64,000 bases of DNA from NCBI GenBank assembly GCA_963675745.2, contig CAXXWX010000005.1, positions 84,667 through 148,666 on the forward strand, in the 5' to 3' direction. The notes below the pieces were generated by a model. The model searched no databases. It was not told the origin of the DNA and worked only from the letters and a program-made list of their open reading frames with translations. This stretch comes from Phycisphaerae bacterium (GTDB taxonomy: Bacteria > Planctomycetota > Phycisphaerae > UBA1845 > Fen-1342). Numbering within the stretch: position 1 is the stretch's first letter; every line of letters begins with the position of its first letter. A program made the translations under genes and the position numbers. Of the stretch, positions 30,856 through 41,894 are shown in pieces.

Positions 30856-32190
30856 ATGCGCGTCGCCGTCATTCAGACCCCTGGCAGCGCACTCAATGCG
30901 TGGCGCGACAGCCTGGCATCGCTGGAGCGGTTGGTGCGAGACGCCGCCGCCGAACATGCCGAGCTCGTCGTCTTACCCGAGTGCGCATTTCCGGCATATG
31001 TGCTCGATTCGGTGGATGCCTACTGGACGGCGCGCGAGGCCGGCATGCCCGGTGATCGCGAATTCCTGGCCCGGCCCTGCGAGTGGGCCCGACGCGGCAA
31101 GCTGACCCTGTGCATCAGCTACGTCGCCGAACGCGACCGGCGGCTCTACAATGCCGCCAGCCTGGTCACACCCGACGGGCGGATCGCCGGCACACATCAC
31201 AAATGCTTCATGTGGGATTTCGATCGGCTGTGGTTTACGCCCGGCGAGACAATCGACCCGTGCGACACCGATCTCGGTCGCATCGGCATGATGATCTGTG
31301 CCGATGCGCGCCTGCCCGAGATTCCCGCGACGCTCGCCGCGCGCGGCGCTCAGTTCATCGCCCAACCGACCGCGTGGGTCAACACCGGCACACCCGAGAA
31401 GCCGACCAACCCGCAGGCCGAGTTCCTGATTGCAGCTCGCGCGCGCGAGTTTGGCGTCGCCGTCGCATCGGCCAGCAAATACGGCTACGAAGGTCAAACG
31501 CGTTTCATCGGTTCCAGCCTGATCTGTGACGCCGACGGCGTTGTCCTGGCGCGGGCCGGCACCGACGAGACGACCGTCATTGCCGCCGACGTCCTGCTCG
31601 CCCCACCCAAACCGCCGCACGTCACATCCGAGGAGCTTGTGGCTCTCGCAGAAACTCCGGCGGACGCACAATCCGGCGATCTGCCGCCGCTGGCGATATT
31701 CCTGCTCCCACCGGACTGCCCGCCGTCAAAGGCCGAAGCCCTCATCGCGCAACGGCCGTCGGCGCAGCGCGATCAGCCGCTGCTGATAGTCTCACCCGCG
31801 CCCTCAATCGCGCCGGCGTCTTCACCGCACACGCTGACCGTCAGTGACCCGGCGCCGAGCGTGCACACGCTCGCCGGAATTGGAGTTGGCGCTGTCAGCG
31901 CGGCGGATGCGGCGCGTTTCGCGCCGATTCGCGCGCTGGCCTTGCGCGGCGCGAATCTGGCAGTGGTTTTCGGTGCCGGCGTCGGCGAGATCGAGCTGCG
32001 CGCGCGGGCCCTCGAAAACCGCATTTACGTACTGGCCGTCGGCGGTCCGGAAGCAACCCTATACGCCCCCACCGGTGGCCGATGCGCACTCCCGACGACC
32101 ATCCCCGTGGCCGACACCGTCGACAAATGCGTGGCGTGGAAGACCGATGTCCTGCGCGACCGCACTCCCGGTCTGTATCAGTTCGCTTAG
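30856..32190 (+). CDS. Carbon-nitrogen hydrolase with degenerate second domain
   Basis: E-K-C triad in LPEC, HHKC, MICAD; C-terminal RARALENRIYV echoes the nitrilase fold. Confidence 0.85.
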   Translation: MRVAVIQTPGSALNAWRDSLASLERLVRDAAAEHAELVVLPECAFPAYVLDSVDAYWTAREAGMPGDREFLARPCEWARRGKLTLCISYVAERDRRLYNAASLVTPDGRIAGTHHKCFMWDFDRLWFTPGETIDPCDTDLGRIGMMICADARLPEIPATLAARGAQFIAQPTAWVNTGTPEKPTNPQAEFLIAARAREFGVAVASASKYGYEGQTRFIGSSLICDADGVVLARAGTDETTVIAADVLLAPPKPPHVTSEELVALAETPADAQSGDLPPLAIFLLPPDCPPSKAEALIAQRPSAQRDQPLLIVSPAPSIAPASSPHTLTVSDPAPSVHTLAGIGVGAVSAADAARFAPIRALALRGANLAVVFGAGVGEIELRARALENRIYVLAVGGPEATLYAPTGGRCALPTTIPVADTVDKCVAWKTDVLRDRTPGLYQFA

Positions 32191-32227
32191 CGAGCGACAC
32201 TAACCCAATGCGGTGCAGACCGCGCAC

Positions 32228-32267
32228 AAAAACGCCGCGGGAAGCCAGACTCCGGCAACCCGCGGCG
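32228..32267 (-). terminator. Intrinsic terminator downstream of the PEP-CTERM gene
   Basis: Stem CGCCGCGGG/CCCGCGGCG (32233-41/32259-67) followed by T5 on the minus strand; between convergent genes. Confidence 0.7.
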
Positions 32268-32292
32268 CTTAGTGTTCTATGGGCTGTGTGCG

Positions 32293-33225
32293 TTACCGGC
32301 GACGCAGAAACAGCGTGCCAAGCAACAGCAGCACGATCGCGGAAGGCTCCGGCGTTACCAGGCCATACCGCGCGGGCGCATCCGATACCAGGCGGGCGCT
32401 CTCAACGATCGGCGCGACGTCGGTGCCAAGACTGTCGATCGGATCAAAAACCAGCGTGCCGTCCGCGTCAGCCGAGATCGTGTACCCGGCGACCAGCGCC
32501 TGGCGTTGCCACGCGTCGGCGAGGGCCGCGGAAACCGCATCAGCCGGCGACTGCGGCGAGAGCCGCGACAGCTCCGTCGTATCCACCCCGATCGCGCCCA
32601 TGAAGGAGATGAACAGGTCGACGAAGACGTTGCCTTGAAGCGTGATGGGGCCGATGTCGAAATCCAGCTCCTCGTTCGTGCTGTCGCTGAGCGTGTCTAC
32701 CACCAGCTCGGAGTTGTCATTCGAGATGTTGATCTGAATCGTATAGAAGCCGAGCTGGTTGATCTCGAGTGCATTCGCCACATCAAGCGTGCCCGTGAGC
32801 TGCGCATCGAGTGCCCCGCTCTTGACCGCCGTGCGGTAATTCAAGTCGCTGGCGACAAACTCCATGTTCCCGGTCAGCAACCAGCGATCAGTGTAGCTGG
32901 CCGTCATCTGCGTCGCGCCGGCAAGCTCCACCTCAAACTGTCCGAGATCGAGAATCTCGGGCCGCCCGCGGCTGTCACGCCCGAACGTGCGGTCAAACTC
33001 GAGGCGGTGTCCGTCGCCGAAATCATTCGGCATGATTCGCAGACGCCCCAGCCGCGCGCCGTTTACGCGCGATCCATCCCCGAGTGTGGACAGCGGGCTG
33101 CCGCTGGGAGTCGCGACCAATTCGAGGCCGCGATAAAGCTCGCCCCATAGGCCCGCCCCGGCCGGTGCCGCGCACAGTGCATACACCATCACCCCGGCCA
33201 ATCCAAGCGCTACACGTCCTCGCAT
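32293..33225 (-). CDS. PEP-CTERM sorting domain protein
   Basis: Signal peptide; C-terminus TPEPSAIVLLLLGTLFLRRR. Confidence 0.9.
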   Translation of the reverse strand: MRGRVALGLAGVMVYALCAAPAGAGLWGELYRGLELVATPSGSPLSTLGDGSRVNGARLGRLRIMPNDFGDGHRLEFDRTFGRDSRGRPEILDLGQFEVELAGATQMTASYTDRWLLTGNMEFVASDLNYRTAVKSGALDAQLTGTLDVANALEINQLGFYTIQINISNDNSELVVDTLSDSTNEELDFDIGPITLQGNVFVDLFISFMGAIGVDTTELSRLSPQSPADAVSAALADAWQRQALVAGYTISADADGTLVFDPIDSLGTDVAPIVESARLVSDAPARYGLVTPEPSAIVLLLLGTLFLRRR

Positions 33226-33618
33226 GTGTTGTTCCTTTCGACTTCGGCGTAAGCGAACCTCGTACCGGATTCCAGCATAGACGGTGTGCCCAGACACATC
33301 AAGGGTTACTCAGCCGGTTCGCTGTCGCGTAGTATTTTCATCGGAGCGGGTCGCGGACAACTTCAAATCACCACGCGGTCGCCAGGCTGTCCGGAACCGC
33401 TCCAGCCAACGCCTCCATCAGGTGCCGCCACCGGCACGCCGGGATTCAAAACACACAATATTGCGCCCGGGGACTCGGCAGGCTCGCGGAACGCCTTATA
33501 ATCACGCAGAATCCGTCGCGCGCAAGCTTCGGTCACGGACGGACCGGACCATATGGACGCTAACCTCTCGTCCAGGAGAGAGTCTATAAGCGCGGACGAT
33601 CAAGGCGGTTATTACACG

Positions 33619-36033
33619 ATGGTACACGCGCCCCGGCTGCTCGCGGTCATGCTCTCAATGGCGATAACGGCAAGTTTTGCCGCCGCCCAGACTCCGCAGA
33701 CCCAACCCACCACCCAGGCGGCCTCGCCGGATCGGGAGCGGTTTGATCGGCTGATCGCCCTGGTCGCGGACCAGAACTCCCCCGAGGCACGCCGCACAGG
33801 TGTGCGCGAGTTGCTGCTGGCTGATGACATGCGCGCGCTGGCTGTGCCGCACCTGGCCAGAATTCTCGCCGGACCAAACCCCGCGGCCGCCACCGCTGTT
33901 GCCGACGTGTTGGCGGAGTTTCCGGAGTATCTTCAGCCCGAATACCTCGCGCCACTCACCAGCATGCTCGCCAACCCGGACCAGGGAGCCAGCGCCGCCA
34001 TTGTGCTGGCCGCGTATGCGGACGACGCTGGTATCGAGCATCTGCGGGCGTTCGTGGGTGACCAATCGATGCCCATCGCGGCGCGGTTGCAGGTCGTCGA
34101 TGTACTCGGCGGCCTCGGGCGGCGCAGCGTCGTGACCATCCTGGTCGGCCTGCTCGATTCGCCGGAAGCGCCACTGCAGGAACGTGCCCTCAGGGCATTG
34201 GGCCACGCCACGGGCATGACCTTCGACAATAACCCGCGCGCCGCGCGAACGTGGTGGCTCGAAACGCAGGAGAGCCTGCCGCTGACCGAGTGGCAACAAC
34301 GCCAGATTCAACGACTCGTGCTGCAGGATCGGCGCCGCACACAGTCGATGCGCGAAATGGAGACGCGCCTGATCCGCGCCCTCCGCACCGCCTTTCAGCG
34401 CACGCCCGAGGCCGAGCGCGACGCCGTGCTCAACGGATACCTCTCCGAATCTCTGGGTGTGGTCCAATCCCTGGGCCTCGAGTTGGTGCAAGCGCAGCAG
34501 GCCGAAGGAAAAACGCTGTCCCCCGACACCTGTCAGGCGGTTCGCGCCCTGCTATCAGCGCCCGAGACGGTCGTCAGAGCGGGGGCGATCCGCGCTGTGA
34601 CCAGTTTCCGCGATCCGACGGACGCCGCCACGTTCGCCACGCTGCTCGAGGCCGAGGTCAGCCCGGAGGTGCGCGCGGCGCTGGTTAGTGGACTGGGTTA
34701 CATCGGTACGGCGGACGTGGTGCCGAGCGTGCTGGCACTGCTGGAACACTCGCCGCCGCGTTTGCAGGCCGAGATTCTGACGGCCCTCGGTCGGCTGGCC
34801 GAGCGTGACATGCTGGATGACGACACGCGACCGGGGGTCGTCGCCGCGCTTGTGGCAACCTTCGACGCAACCGAGCCGGGTTCGGTGCTGCTGCGCGAGC
34901 GCGCCCTGTGGGCCATGGGCCGCGTCGCCGACCCCGCTTTCCTGCCGGCGTTGGCGGGCGCGTTGGGTGCCGAAGAAGCCGCCGGTGTGCGCCACGCGGC
35001 CTTGCGTGGTCTGGCGGCGATCGGCGATCGCTCACAAGCGGACCTGGTAGTCGGCACAACATCCGACGCCGATGTCGGTCTGCGTCGTCAGGCCGTGGAG
35101 TTGCTCGCACAGTGGGCCACCAGCGACGAGCATGTGAAGGCGTTGTTCGACCGCCTGCCGGCGACGCAAGAGCCGGACGAGGCTATCCGCAACGCCGCCT
35201 GGTTGGGAATCGAGCGCGCCCTGACGGGTAGACCGCCCGAGGCGATCGATCGCTGGATCGCGCAATTGCCCGACGACGGCGAGACGCGCGCCAAGCGTAC
35301 GCTCGATTTGCTGCGTCTTCAGCGGGAGCAGCTCGACGCACAGCAGGCTGCCGCCACCTCGGGCAATCTCAGCACACGGATTGCCGAGCAACACGTGCTA
35401 CTTGGGAATGTGGAGGAAGCCATTGCGGCGTATCAGGACGCGGTCGTGCACCTTCACGCCGCCGATGGTAACAGAGCAGCGCGCGTCGCCGTGGAGTTGG
35501 TGCGCCTTGCGTTGGCCCACGCGCGCTATACGCCGGAGCTGGCTGCGCAACTAAGAGCGCTGAATCCCGCGCTTGATGGCGCCGCGGTGTGGAATGGCCT
35601 GGGCGGCGAGATCACGGTGGAGATTACAGCGGATACCCTTGACGCCGTGCTGACGACGCTTCGGCTGCTGCGGGAGCATCCCCCGGTTCCCACGTGGCCG
35701 GACGAGGCCACCGCCGCGCTGGAAAGCCATTGGCAGCAGGCAGTCAGCATGCGTGTCGGGCGCGACATCGATCAGGCCGCCGCCGCGCTGGCGGCCCTGC
35801 AAGCGAATCCGGAAGACGCGTCGGCCCAGACACAGATCGCTGAGCTGACGCCCCGCCTCTCCGCCGATCTCCGCGCTGTCATCGCCGGTGCGGAGCCCAA
35901 CGCCGCGCTCGAGCAACGGCTGCACGATCTGCTCAAACAGCTGGTTCCCGAGTGGTCCGGGTTCGCGGCGGACGCGCCGCCAAACGACAAGCTCAAAGCG
36001 CTCGAATCTCTGCCGGCGAACAGCACCGGTTAG
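33619..36033 (+). CDS. Secreted HEAT-repeat protein
   Basis: Signal peptide and repeated VRxxAxxALG-like helical units. Confidence 0.8.
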   Translation: MVHAPRLLAVMLSMAITASFAAAQTPQTQPTTQAASPDRERFDRLIALVADQNSPEARRTGVRELLLADDMRALAVPHLARILAGPNPAAATAVADVLAEFPEYLQPEYLAPLTSMLANPDQGASAAIVLAAYADDAGIEHLRAFVGDQSMPIAARLQVVDVLGGLGRRSVVTILVGLLDSPEAPLQERALRALGHATGMTFDNNPRAARTWWLETQESLPLTEWQQRQIQRLVLQDRRRTQSMREMETRLIRALRTAFQRTPEAERDAVLNGYLSESLGVVQSLGLELVQAQQAEGKTLSPDTCQAVRALLSAPETVVRAGAIRAVTSFRDPTDAATFATLLEAEVSPEVRAALVSGLGYIGTADVVPSVLALLEHSPPRLQAEILTALGRLAERDMLDDDTRPGVVAALVATFDATEPGSVLLRERALWAMGRVADPAFLPALAGALGAEEAAGVRHAALRGLAAIGDRSQADLVVGTTSDADVGLRRQAVELLAQWATSDEHVKALFDRLPATQEPDEAIRNAAWLGIERALTGRPPEAIDRWIAQLPDDGETRAKRTLDLLRLQREQLDAQQAAATSGNLSTRIAEQHVLLGNVEEAIAAYQDAVVHLHAADGNRAARVAVELVRLALAHARYTPELAAQLRALNPALDGAAVWNGLGGEITVEITADTLDAVLTTLRLLREHPPVPTWPDEATAALESHWQQAVSMRVGRDIDQAAAALAALQANPEDASAQTQIAELTPRLSADLRAVIAGAEPNAALEQRLHDLLKQLVPEWSGFAADAPPNDKLKALESLPANSTG

Positions 36034-36242
36034 CCCTTTCCCGCCGGAGACGTTCCGTGTTTCGTGCTGCGCTTCGGCGCGACGCGTAACGGCCGGCGCC
36101 CCGCCGGCCGCCTGACACCGGAAACGCCGTCTCGTAGCAACGGCCCGCGCGGCCCACGCCCCTGTCACGCCATACACGCGCAGCAATCGAACCGGAAACG
36201 ACACCGGGGCCGTATCAACCCAACCGTAGCCTCAGGCTGACT

Positions 36243-37784
36243 CTACGATTTGCCTGTGGCCGCCTTGGATCGGGGAATGAGCGCAATCAGCGAATACACG
36301 AACGCCGCCACAACCAGGAGCGCCAGCAGCGCTGACCGTATCCGCACGTCCGGATCGTGGATGGCCCGCATCCACAGAAACTGCGTCATCTCGAATGTGC
36401 CCACCAGCACCAGGACCGCGGCCGGGAAGATCCAGACCCACGAGTGTACCGCCAGTGCGATCACCGGCGGTATGCAGTAGTAGATGTAGCGCTCGTGGGC
36501 GGCCGTCGGCAGGAAGAACGCTGCGAACAGCGTCAAGTAGACCACCACCGGCCACGAATCCGCGCTCCAGCGATACTTCCGCGCGCAGCCGGCCCATGTC
36601 GTGAGAATCCCCACGCTCAGCAGCAGCAGCCCCAGGCGGTCGCGGCGCAGCCCCAACACCGTTTGATCCACGCCGTAGGCCCGCTCCTGCCATTCGCGGT
36701 AGGCCTCGCGCTCCCGCGGCGGTGGCCCATGCGTCAGCATGTCCAGCCACCAGATGTTCAGTGCGCTGAACGTCGAGCGCTTGAAGCGCTCCGCTCCGAT
36801 GGTCCCGGTGTAGCTGCGTTTGAACCATCGGAAGACGCCGTCCTGATTCGTCGGGCTGGCACCGTCGTGCAGCATCACCGGCAACGCGATTATCGCCGCC
36901 ACCACGAGCGCCATCACAGCGGTCTTCCACAACTGAAGCGCCTGCCGCCACGTTCCCCCTTGCATGAACCGCAACGCGAAGAACACATAAACATACACCG
37001 GCCCGAACAGAATTGCCTGCGGCTTGGTCATCAGCGCCGCGCCGTACAGCACGCCGGCCAACAGCCAACGTCGGCGCATGAGCATCACCAGACACCACAC
37101 CAGCAGACATGTGATCCACGAATCGACTTGTGTCCAGAACGCCGAGTCCAGGAAGATCGGCGGTGCCAGGAGCACTATGCCAAAGGCCAGTATCTCGCGC
37201 CAACGGCGGCGCGCGCTGCTCAGCGTACGTACAAGCGCCGCAACGCCACAGGCCAACACAAAGTCGAAGGCGACACCCCCGACCGCTCCGGCCAACCGCG
37301 ACGCCCGCGTGTCGATGACGCGATAGCGCTGGCTGGGGTCCAGCCCGGCGCGCAGCGCTGTCTCTTCCGGTATGGGCAGTGCTTTGACATCGTGGTCGAG
37401 CATTTGCCACACCGCCCCCTGGATGGCGAAGACATAGCCGCTGAGCGGCGGATAATTACATGAGAATGGATCGCGCTCGGGCACGTCCGCCGTCTGTCCC
37501 GAGCGCGGATCGACCCTGCGGACGAGCACTACGTCGCCGGCGGGCTTGTCGTAGATTGCCCACGGACCGTGGCGCCAGGCGTATTCCGACCAGCCCATTA
37601 TGCTCTTGTGATCGGGCAGATACGACGTCTGGGGCGCTGCCAGAATAGCGATCAGCCGCGCTACCAGGCCGGCGACAACCAGTGCGCCTACGCCCAGGCG
37701 TGTCGGCGTCAGCCACGCGGCATCCGCGCCGGCCGGTTGAAGGTTCTCGCGCGTACCGGCTTTGTGCTGTTGCTTCGCAGTCAT
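36243..37784 (-). CDS. Polytopic membrane glycosyltransferase (GT-C fold, mannosyltransferase-like)
   Basis: NYPPL, DSAFWTQVDS, KPQAI, HERY motifs with many TM segments. Confidence 0.75.
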   Translation of the reverse strand: MTAKQQHKAGTRENLQPAGADAAWLTPTRLGVGALVVAGLVARLIAILAAPQTSYLPDHKSIMGWSEYAWRHGPWAIYDKPAGDVVLVRRVDPRSGQTADVPERDPFSCNYPPLSGYVFAIQGAVWQMLDHDVKALPIPEETALRAGLDPSQRYRVIDTRASRLAGAVGGVAFDFVLACGVAALVRTLSSARRRWREILAFGIVLLAPPIFLDSAFWTQVDSWITCLLVWCLVMLMRRRWLLAGVLYGAALMTKPQAILFGPVYVYVFFALRFMQGGTWRQALQLWKTAVMALVVAAIIALPVMLHDGASPTNQDGVFRWFKRSYTGTIGAERFKRSTFSALNIWWLDMLTHGPPPREREAYREWQERAYGVDQTVLGLRRDRLGLLLLSVGILTTWAGCARKYRWSADSWPVVVYLTLFAAFFLPTAAHERYIYYCIPPVIALAVHSWVWIFPAAVLVLVGTFEMTQFLWMRAIHDPDVRIRSALLALLVVAAFVYSLIALIPRSKAATGKS

Positions 37785-37829
37785 CTACTCACCAGGCTCG
37801 ACACCACCGAGACATGCGCATCGGTGCGC

Positions 37830-38729
37830 TCAGGAATCCGGACGGTGCGACAGAAATCCCACACTGGACGCAAACAGCCGCTCGCGCAAAGCGCGCGACG
37901 CGGACTCATCGCGCTCGTCTTCGGTGCGCAAGTCTTCCAGATTCGCAATGCACCGGTCGCAGCCCAGCAGGTTCACATGAAAGTCGACGTAGCGTTCCAT
38001 GCCCTCGTCGAGCACGCCGAGCAGGTGCTTTCCCAGCGTCGAACGCTTGAGGCACGAGACCCCCTCTTCCCGCCAGATACGCCCGATCGTGGAATCCTGC
38101 GCGAGGTCGGTGGCTTGCCAGTCGTGCGTGGTGGCGGCGATCTGCGTCAGCTTCCGCCATTGCTCCAACACGCGGAACTTGATACCCGCCACTCCCGTCT
38201 CGCTGATTTCCAGGTCGCTGGCGACTTCTTTATTGCGCAGCCCCAATACCACCAGCATCTCGACCACGATCAGGTCCTGATACCGTTCTTGCTGCCGGCA
38301 GTGTTCCACCCACTGGCGCAGCACATCAACCAGCGCCGCGCGCTGCGCGGCGATTTCTTCACGACTTGCCATGTGACGACTGGGCGTCTCGGGATCAAGC
38401 CACGCCTGCGGCGCGTCGTCAAGTTCGAGTTGATCGAAGCTCTGCCGCTCGCCGCGCCGCTGCTTGCGAAAATAGTCGGTCAGCTTGTTGCGCAGAATGG
38501 CGAACAGGTATGTCTCCAGCGGCCGGCGCTGATCGTAGTTGGGCAGGCTGCGCAGCAGGCCGAGAAAGGTCTCTTGCACCAGATCTTCCGCCTCGGCCCG
38601 CGCGGCCAATCGCCGCCGCGCAAAACTCACCAGGCGTCCCTCGTAGCGGCTGATGATCTCCCCCCATGCGTCCTGGTCGCCGCGTTGTACGGCCTCAATC
38701 AGGAACGCGTCACCTTCGCTGTAGGGCAT
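37830..38729 (-). CDS. ECF sigma factor with C-terminal zinc-finger (anti-sigma-like) extension
   Basis: AEDLVQETF, YLFAILRNKLTDYFRK, GLRNKEVASDL; tail SCLKRS...FHVNLLGCDRC. Confidence 0.88.
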   Translation of the reverse strand: MPYSEGDAFLIEAVQRGDQDAWGEIISRYEGRLVSFARRRLAARAEAEDLVQETFLGLLRSLPNYDQRRPLETYLFAILRNKLTDYFRKQRRGERQSFDQLELDDAPQAWLDPETPSRHMASREEIAAQRAALVDVLRQWVEHCRQQERYQDLIVVEMLVVLGLRNKEVASDLEISETGVAGIKFRVLEQWRKLTQIAATTHDWQATDLAQDSTIGRIWREEGVSCLKRSTLGKHLLGVLDEGMERYVDFHVNLLGCDRCIANLEDLRTEDERDESASRALRERLFASSVGFLSHRPDS

Positions 38730-38899
38730 CGCAGCGGCCTCAATACGCACGCACCCGCGCCGCCGGACAGCCTGCCGGAATCGACGGAAGGGCATGGCAA
38801 GTCATGACCTGCGATGAGAATACCGCCCAATCCCCCCCGCGGCCATTCGCCGGCGGTGATTTGTCGCGCGCTCATGCCGCCCTGCGGTTCCGCCCCGAC

Positions 38900-39487
38900 T
38901 CAGCGCGCGCGTACGGTGGAGCGCAGCAGCACGAAAGCGACCACAACAACGCCGATCGTCGCCGCAACCTTGCGAATCCCCCGCACGGGAGGTCGTGCTC
39001 GACTCTGAGTGTGGATGACGGTTGGCGCGATCAGGTTGCGCGCAATGCGGTCGGCACGCGCCGGGCCGCCTATCACACCAGGCGCCGGTATCGCGGCGGC
39101 CGGGTCGTCAGCGTCAACAATGAGTACCTCGCAGGTGTTGTCCTGGTTGTCATCATCGGGTCCGGGGACGCTGATCGCGATGTTCGGGACCGCGTCCCGG
39201 GCACGCGCGCGTGCCGCCGCAGCGTGTCGCCGCACCTCCGCGCGGATCTCGGCGGTTTTTGCCACCGCATCGGCGCGAAGGCGCTCCGCGTCGCGCACCT
39301 CTCCCCGCAACAGGAACAAGGCTATGCCTCCGAGCATGGCCACGCCCAGCAGCGGAGCCAGCACGGCCGCTATGATGCCGCCATGATGGCGCAGGGCCAC
39401 CGCACCGGAGATTACGGCCACAACCAAGGTCACCAACAAGCCAACCAAAACGATCAGACCGACCCAACTGATGTGCATACCGTCCAT
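38900..39487 (-). CDS. Hypothetical membrane protein
   Basis: Two N-terminal and one C-terminal hydrophobic segments; co-oriented between the kinase and sigma genes. Confidence 0.65.
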   Translation of the reverse strand: MDGMHISWVGLIVLVGLLVTLVVAVISGAVALRHHGGIIAAVLAPLLGVAMLGGIALFLLRGEVRDAERLRADAVAKTAEIRAEVRRHAAAARARARDAVPNIAISVPGPDDDNQDNTCEVLIVDADDPAAAIPAPGVIGGPARADRIARNLIAPTVIHTQSRARPPVRGIRKVAATIGVVVVAFVLLRSTVRAR

Positions 39488-39516
39488 ATCGCCTGTATCC
39501 TGTCACACACCTTGGA

Positions 39517-41853
39517 TCAAATCACCACCTGGTCGCGTCTGCCGTCCGGCCAGGAAATCAGCACGAGCGCCGCCAACAGCGGAATCGCCGTCGCGGCCAG
39601 CGGGCCATACGCGCTGGCGTGACGCAGCACGCCGGTGTCACCCGTTGCCAGGAGCAGGGAAACGACCTCGCCGGCCGGTCCAAGCGCCATCGCCGCCGTC
39701 CACAGCGCCAGAACGCACCCGACGCAGCCACGGATCAGGTGCAGGCCGCTGCATTGTCGTCGAGCCATGATCACCAGCAGGCAGCCCAGTCCCAGCAGAA
39801 CCGTGTAGCTGAACTCGGGGAATGCGCCCAGCGATTCACGGAGAGGATCCGCCTTCCAGGGACCGATGGTCCGCACCGTCGGATCCTGCAGGGCATGGTA
39901 CAACAGCGCCCCGGCCAGGCCCGCCACCATGAATAATTTACCAAAGAACGAGCCGCCGCCACTCGCGCGGCCCGCGAATGACGGGCGCGCCGGCTCGATC
40001 GTCTGCACTGTATTCGGCGCCACCGTCTTGGCCTTAACCGGCTCGGGCGGCGGCGGTACTTTGGCCACGGCCACCTCGTCGCGCGGTTCGACTCTCACCG
40101 GTGCGATCGCCGGTGGCGGCTTGATCGCCGTTTCATTGCGCGGCTTCAGCGCGTCGGAATGCGGCCACATCGCGGCCGTGGCTTGTGTCAACATCGAAAC
40201 CGTCGCCGCGGTGGCGGCTGCCACCATCACGTAGTCGTCGGCATCGAGCATTGACGCCGCCACCAGGGCCACCACGGCCGGCATGACAGCGTCCCCCCCC
40301 CGCACCTTGCCCCGCCGCCCGGCCTCAATACGCTTCGCCCAGTCGCAGATCAGGATCGTCAGGCACACCGCGGCCCCCAGCGCCACGCCATCATCGCTAT
40401 GGCCATACATGCCCGCATCGCTCAACGCCGCAAAGCCGATCAGCGAAAAGACCGCGGCCGTCGATGCGTACACCACCCGATCAAGGAACCAGTGACGCGT
40501 CTGGAGGTGCCGCAACAGACGCAGATGCGCCAACAGCGGCCCAAAAACACAACCCATCATCAGAAAGGTCAGCCCGACACCAAGTTCCTCCCGACCGCCC
40601 GACAGCACGGTCAGCGCGATTGACACGGCGATTGCGACGATGATCACGACCAGCAACTGCGGCGCCCGCTTTATGCGCGGCTTTTCCGCGGCGCCGGGTC
40701 CGCGCCCCGCGCCAACCACACGCCCCCTGCCGCGCCGACCGTACACCTTCCCGAGTTTCTGCTCCAGCTTGGCGGCCTTTGCCTCCAGCTTGCGCGCCAG
40801 CTTCTCCGCTTTGGCGTCGGCCTTGCGGCGAATCTTGTCGCCGATCCCGGCCTGTCCCACACTCTCGGCGACGCGCGCAACCTGCTCACCGGCGTTGCGA
40901 ATGCGCGCCTCCCAGGCACGCTCAGCGGGGCGCGCATCAAGATCAGGGATCGGTGGCAGACGCCCCGGCGACGTGCGCGTCGGGTCTTCGTCGCCGACAG
41001 TCGCGTCGCGCGTGATGTCGCCGATGACGCTCGGGTCAAACTGGGTGAGCCGTGTGCCCACGTCGGCCAGCTCTGCCAGGGCGTCCGTCATCTCGTTCAC
41101 GTCCTGGTAGCGCTCGTTGGGATCCTTGGCCATGGCCTTGGCGACGATCGGCGCAAAGCCACGCGGCAGAATACTGGTATCAGGATCGTCATTGAGATGC
41201 CGCATCAGGATTTCGGCCATGCTCTTCCCGGTGAACGGCAGCCGGCCGGTGAGCATCTCGTAGAGCATCACGCCCAGCGAGTAGACGTCGATGGCCTTGC
41301 TGTAGTTGCCCGACCCGATCTCCGGCGCCATGTAATGTACGGTGCCCACACTGACAGTCTGCCCGCTGTGGGCGCTGACCGAGATGTGCTTGCTGAGCCC
41401 GTAATCACCGATCAGCACATAGCCGTCGTCATAGAAAATGTTGCCCGGCTTGAGATCGCGATGCACTATGCCGCGTTCGTGCAGATAGCTGAGACCCTGG
41501 GCGATGCCGTTGATGAAGAAGACCGCCTTCTCAGGGGGCAGGCCGTCGGGTTCGGCCATCATCACGTCGCGCAAGGACGGTCCACTGACATACTCCATGA
41601 CGACAAACACCTCGCCGTCGTCATTCTGGCGCACGTCATAAATCGTGATCAGGTGTGGGCTCTTGAGGTTCATCACGATGTTGATGCCGCGCAGCTCAAT
41701 ATCCGGATTGTCGCGGAGGTACTTCACGGCGAGTTGCTTGCCCGCGTCGCTAAGCGCGTAATAGACCTCGCCGAATCCACCGCGGCCAACTGCGCGCTGA
41801 ATCGTGATGCCCGTCAGGGGACGGTCGCCGTGTTTGTAGGTGTATACTGGCAC
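39517..41853 (-). CDS. Hanks-type Ser/Thr kinase with multi-TM C-terminus
   Basis: GRGGFGEVY, AVK, HRDLKPGN, DYG, GTVHYMAPE; GTG 41853 preceded by GGAGG (ORF extends to 41898). Confidence 0.93.
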   Translation of the reverse strand: MPVYTYKHGDRPLTGITIQRAVGRGGFGEVYYALSDAGKQLAVKYLRDNPDIELRGINIVMNLKSPHLITIYDVRQNDDGEVFVVMEYVSGPSLRDVMMAEPDGLPPEKAVFFINGIAQGLSYLHERGIVHRDLKPGNIFYDDGYVLIGDYGLSKHISVSAHSGQTVSVGTVHYMAPEIGSGNYSKAIDVYSLGVMLYEMLTGRLPFTGKSMAEILMRHLNDDPDTSILPRGFAPIVAKAMAKDPNERYQDVNEMTDALAELADVGTRLTQFDPSVIGDITRDATVGDEDPTRTSPGRLPPIPDLDARPAERAWEARIRNAGEQVARVAESVGQAGIGDKIRRKADAKAEKLARKLEAKAAKLEQKLGKVYGRRGRGRVVGAGRGPGAAEKPRIKRAPQLLVVIIVAIAVSIALTVLSGGREELGVGLTFLMMGCVFGPLLAHLRLLRHLQTRHWFLDRVVYASTAAVFSLIGFAALSDAGMYGHSDDGVALGAAVCLTILICDWAKRIEAGRRGKVRGGDAVMPAVVALVAASMLDADDYVMVAAATAATVSMLTQATAAMWPHSDALKPRNETAIKPPPAIAPVRVEPRDEVAVAKVPPPPEPVKAKTVAPNTVQTIEPARPSFAGRASGGGSFFGKLFMVAGLAGALLYHALQDPTVRTIGPWKADPLRESLGAFPEFSYTVLLGLGCLLVIMARRQCSGLHLIRGCVGCVLALWTAAMALGPAGEVVSLLLATGDTGVLRHASAYGPLAATAIPLLAALVLISWPDGRRDQVVI

Positions 41854-41894
41854 GCTACCACCTCCGCGCGGAATCTCTATCCGGCCACGTCCGC

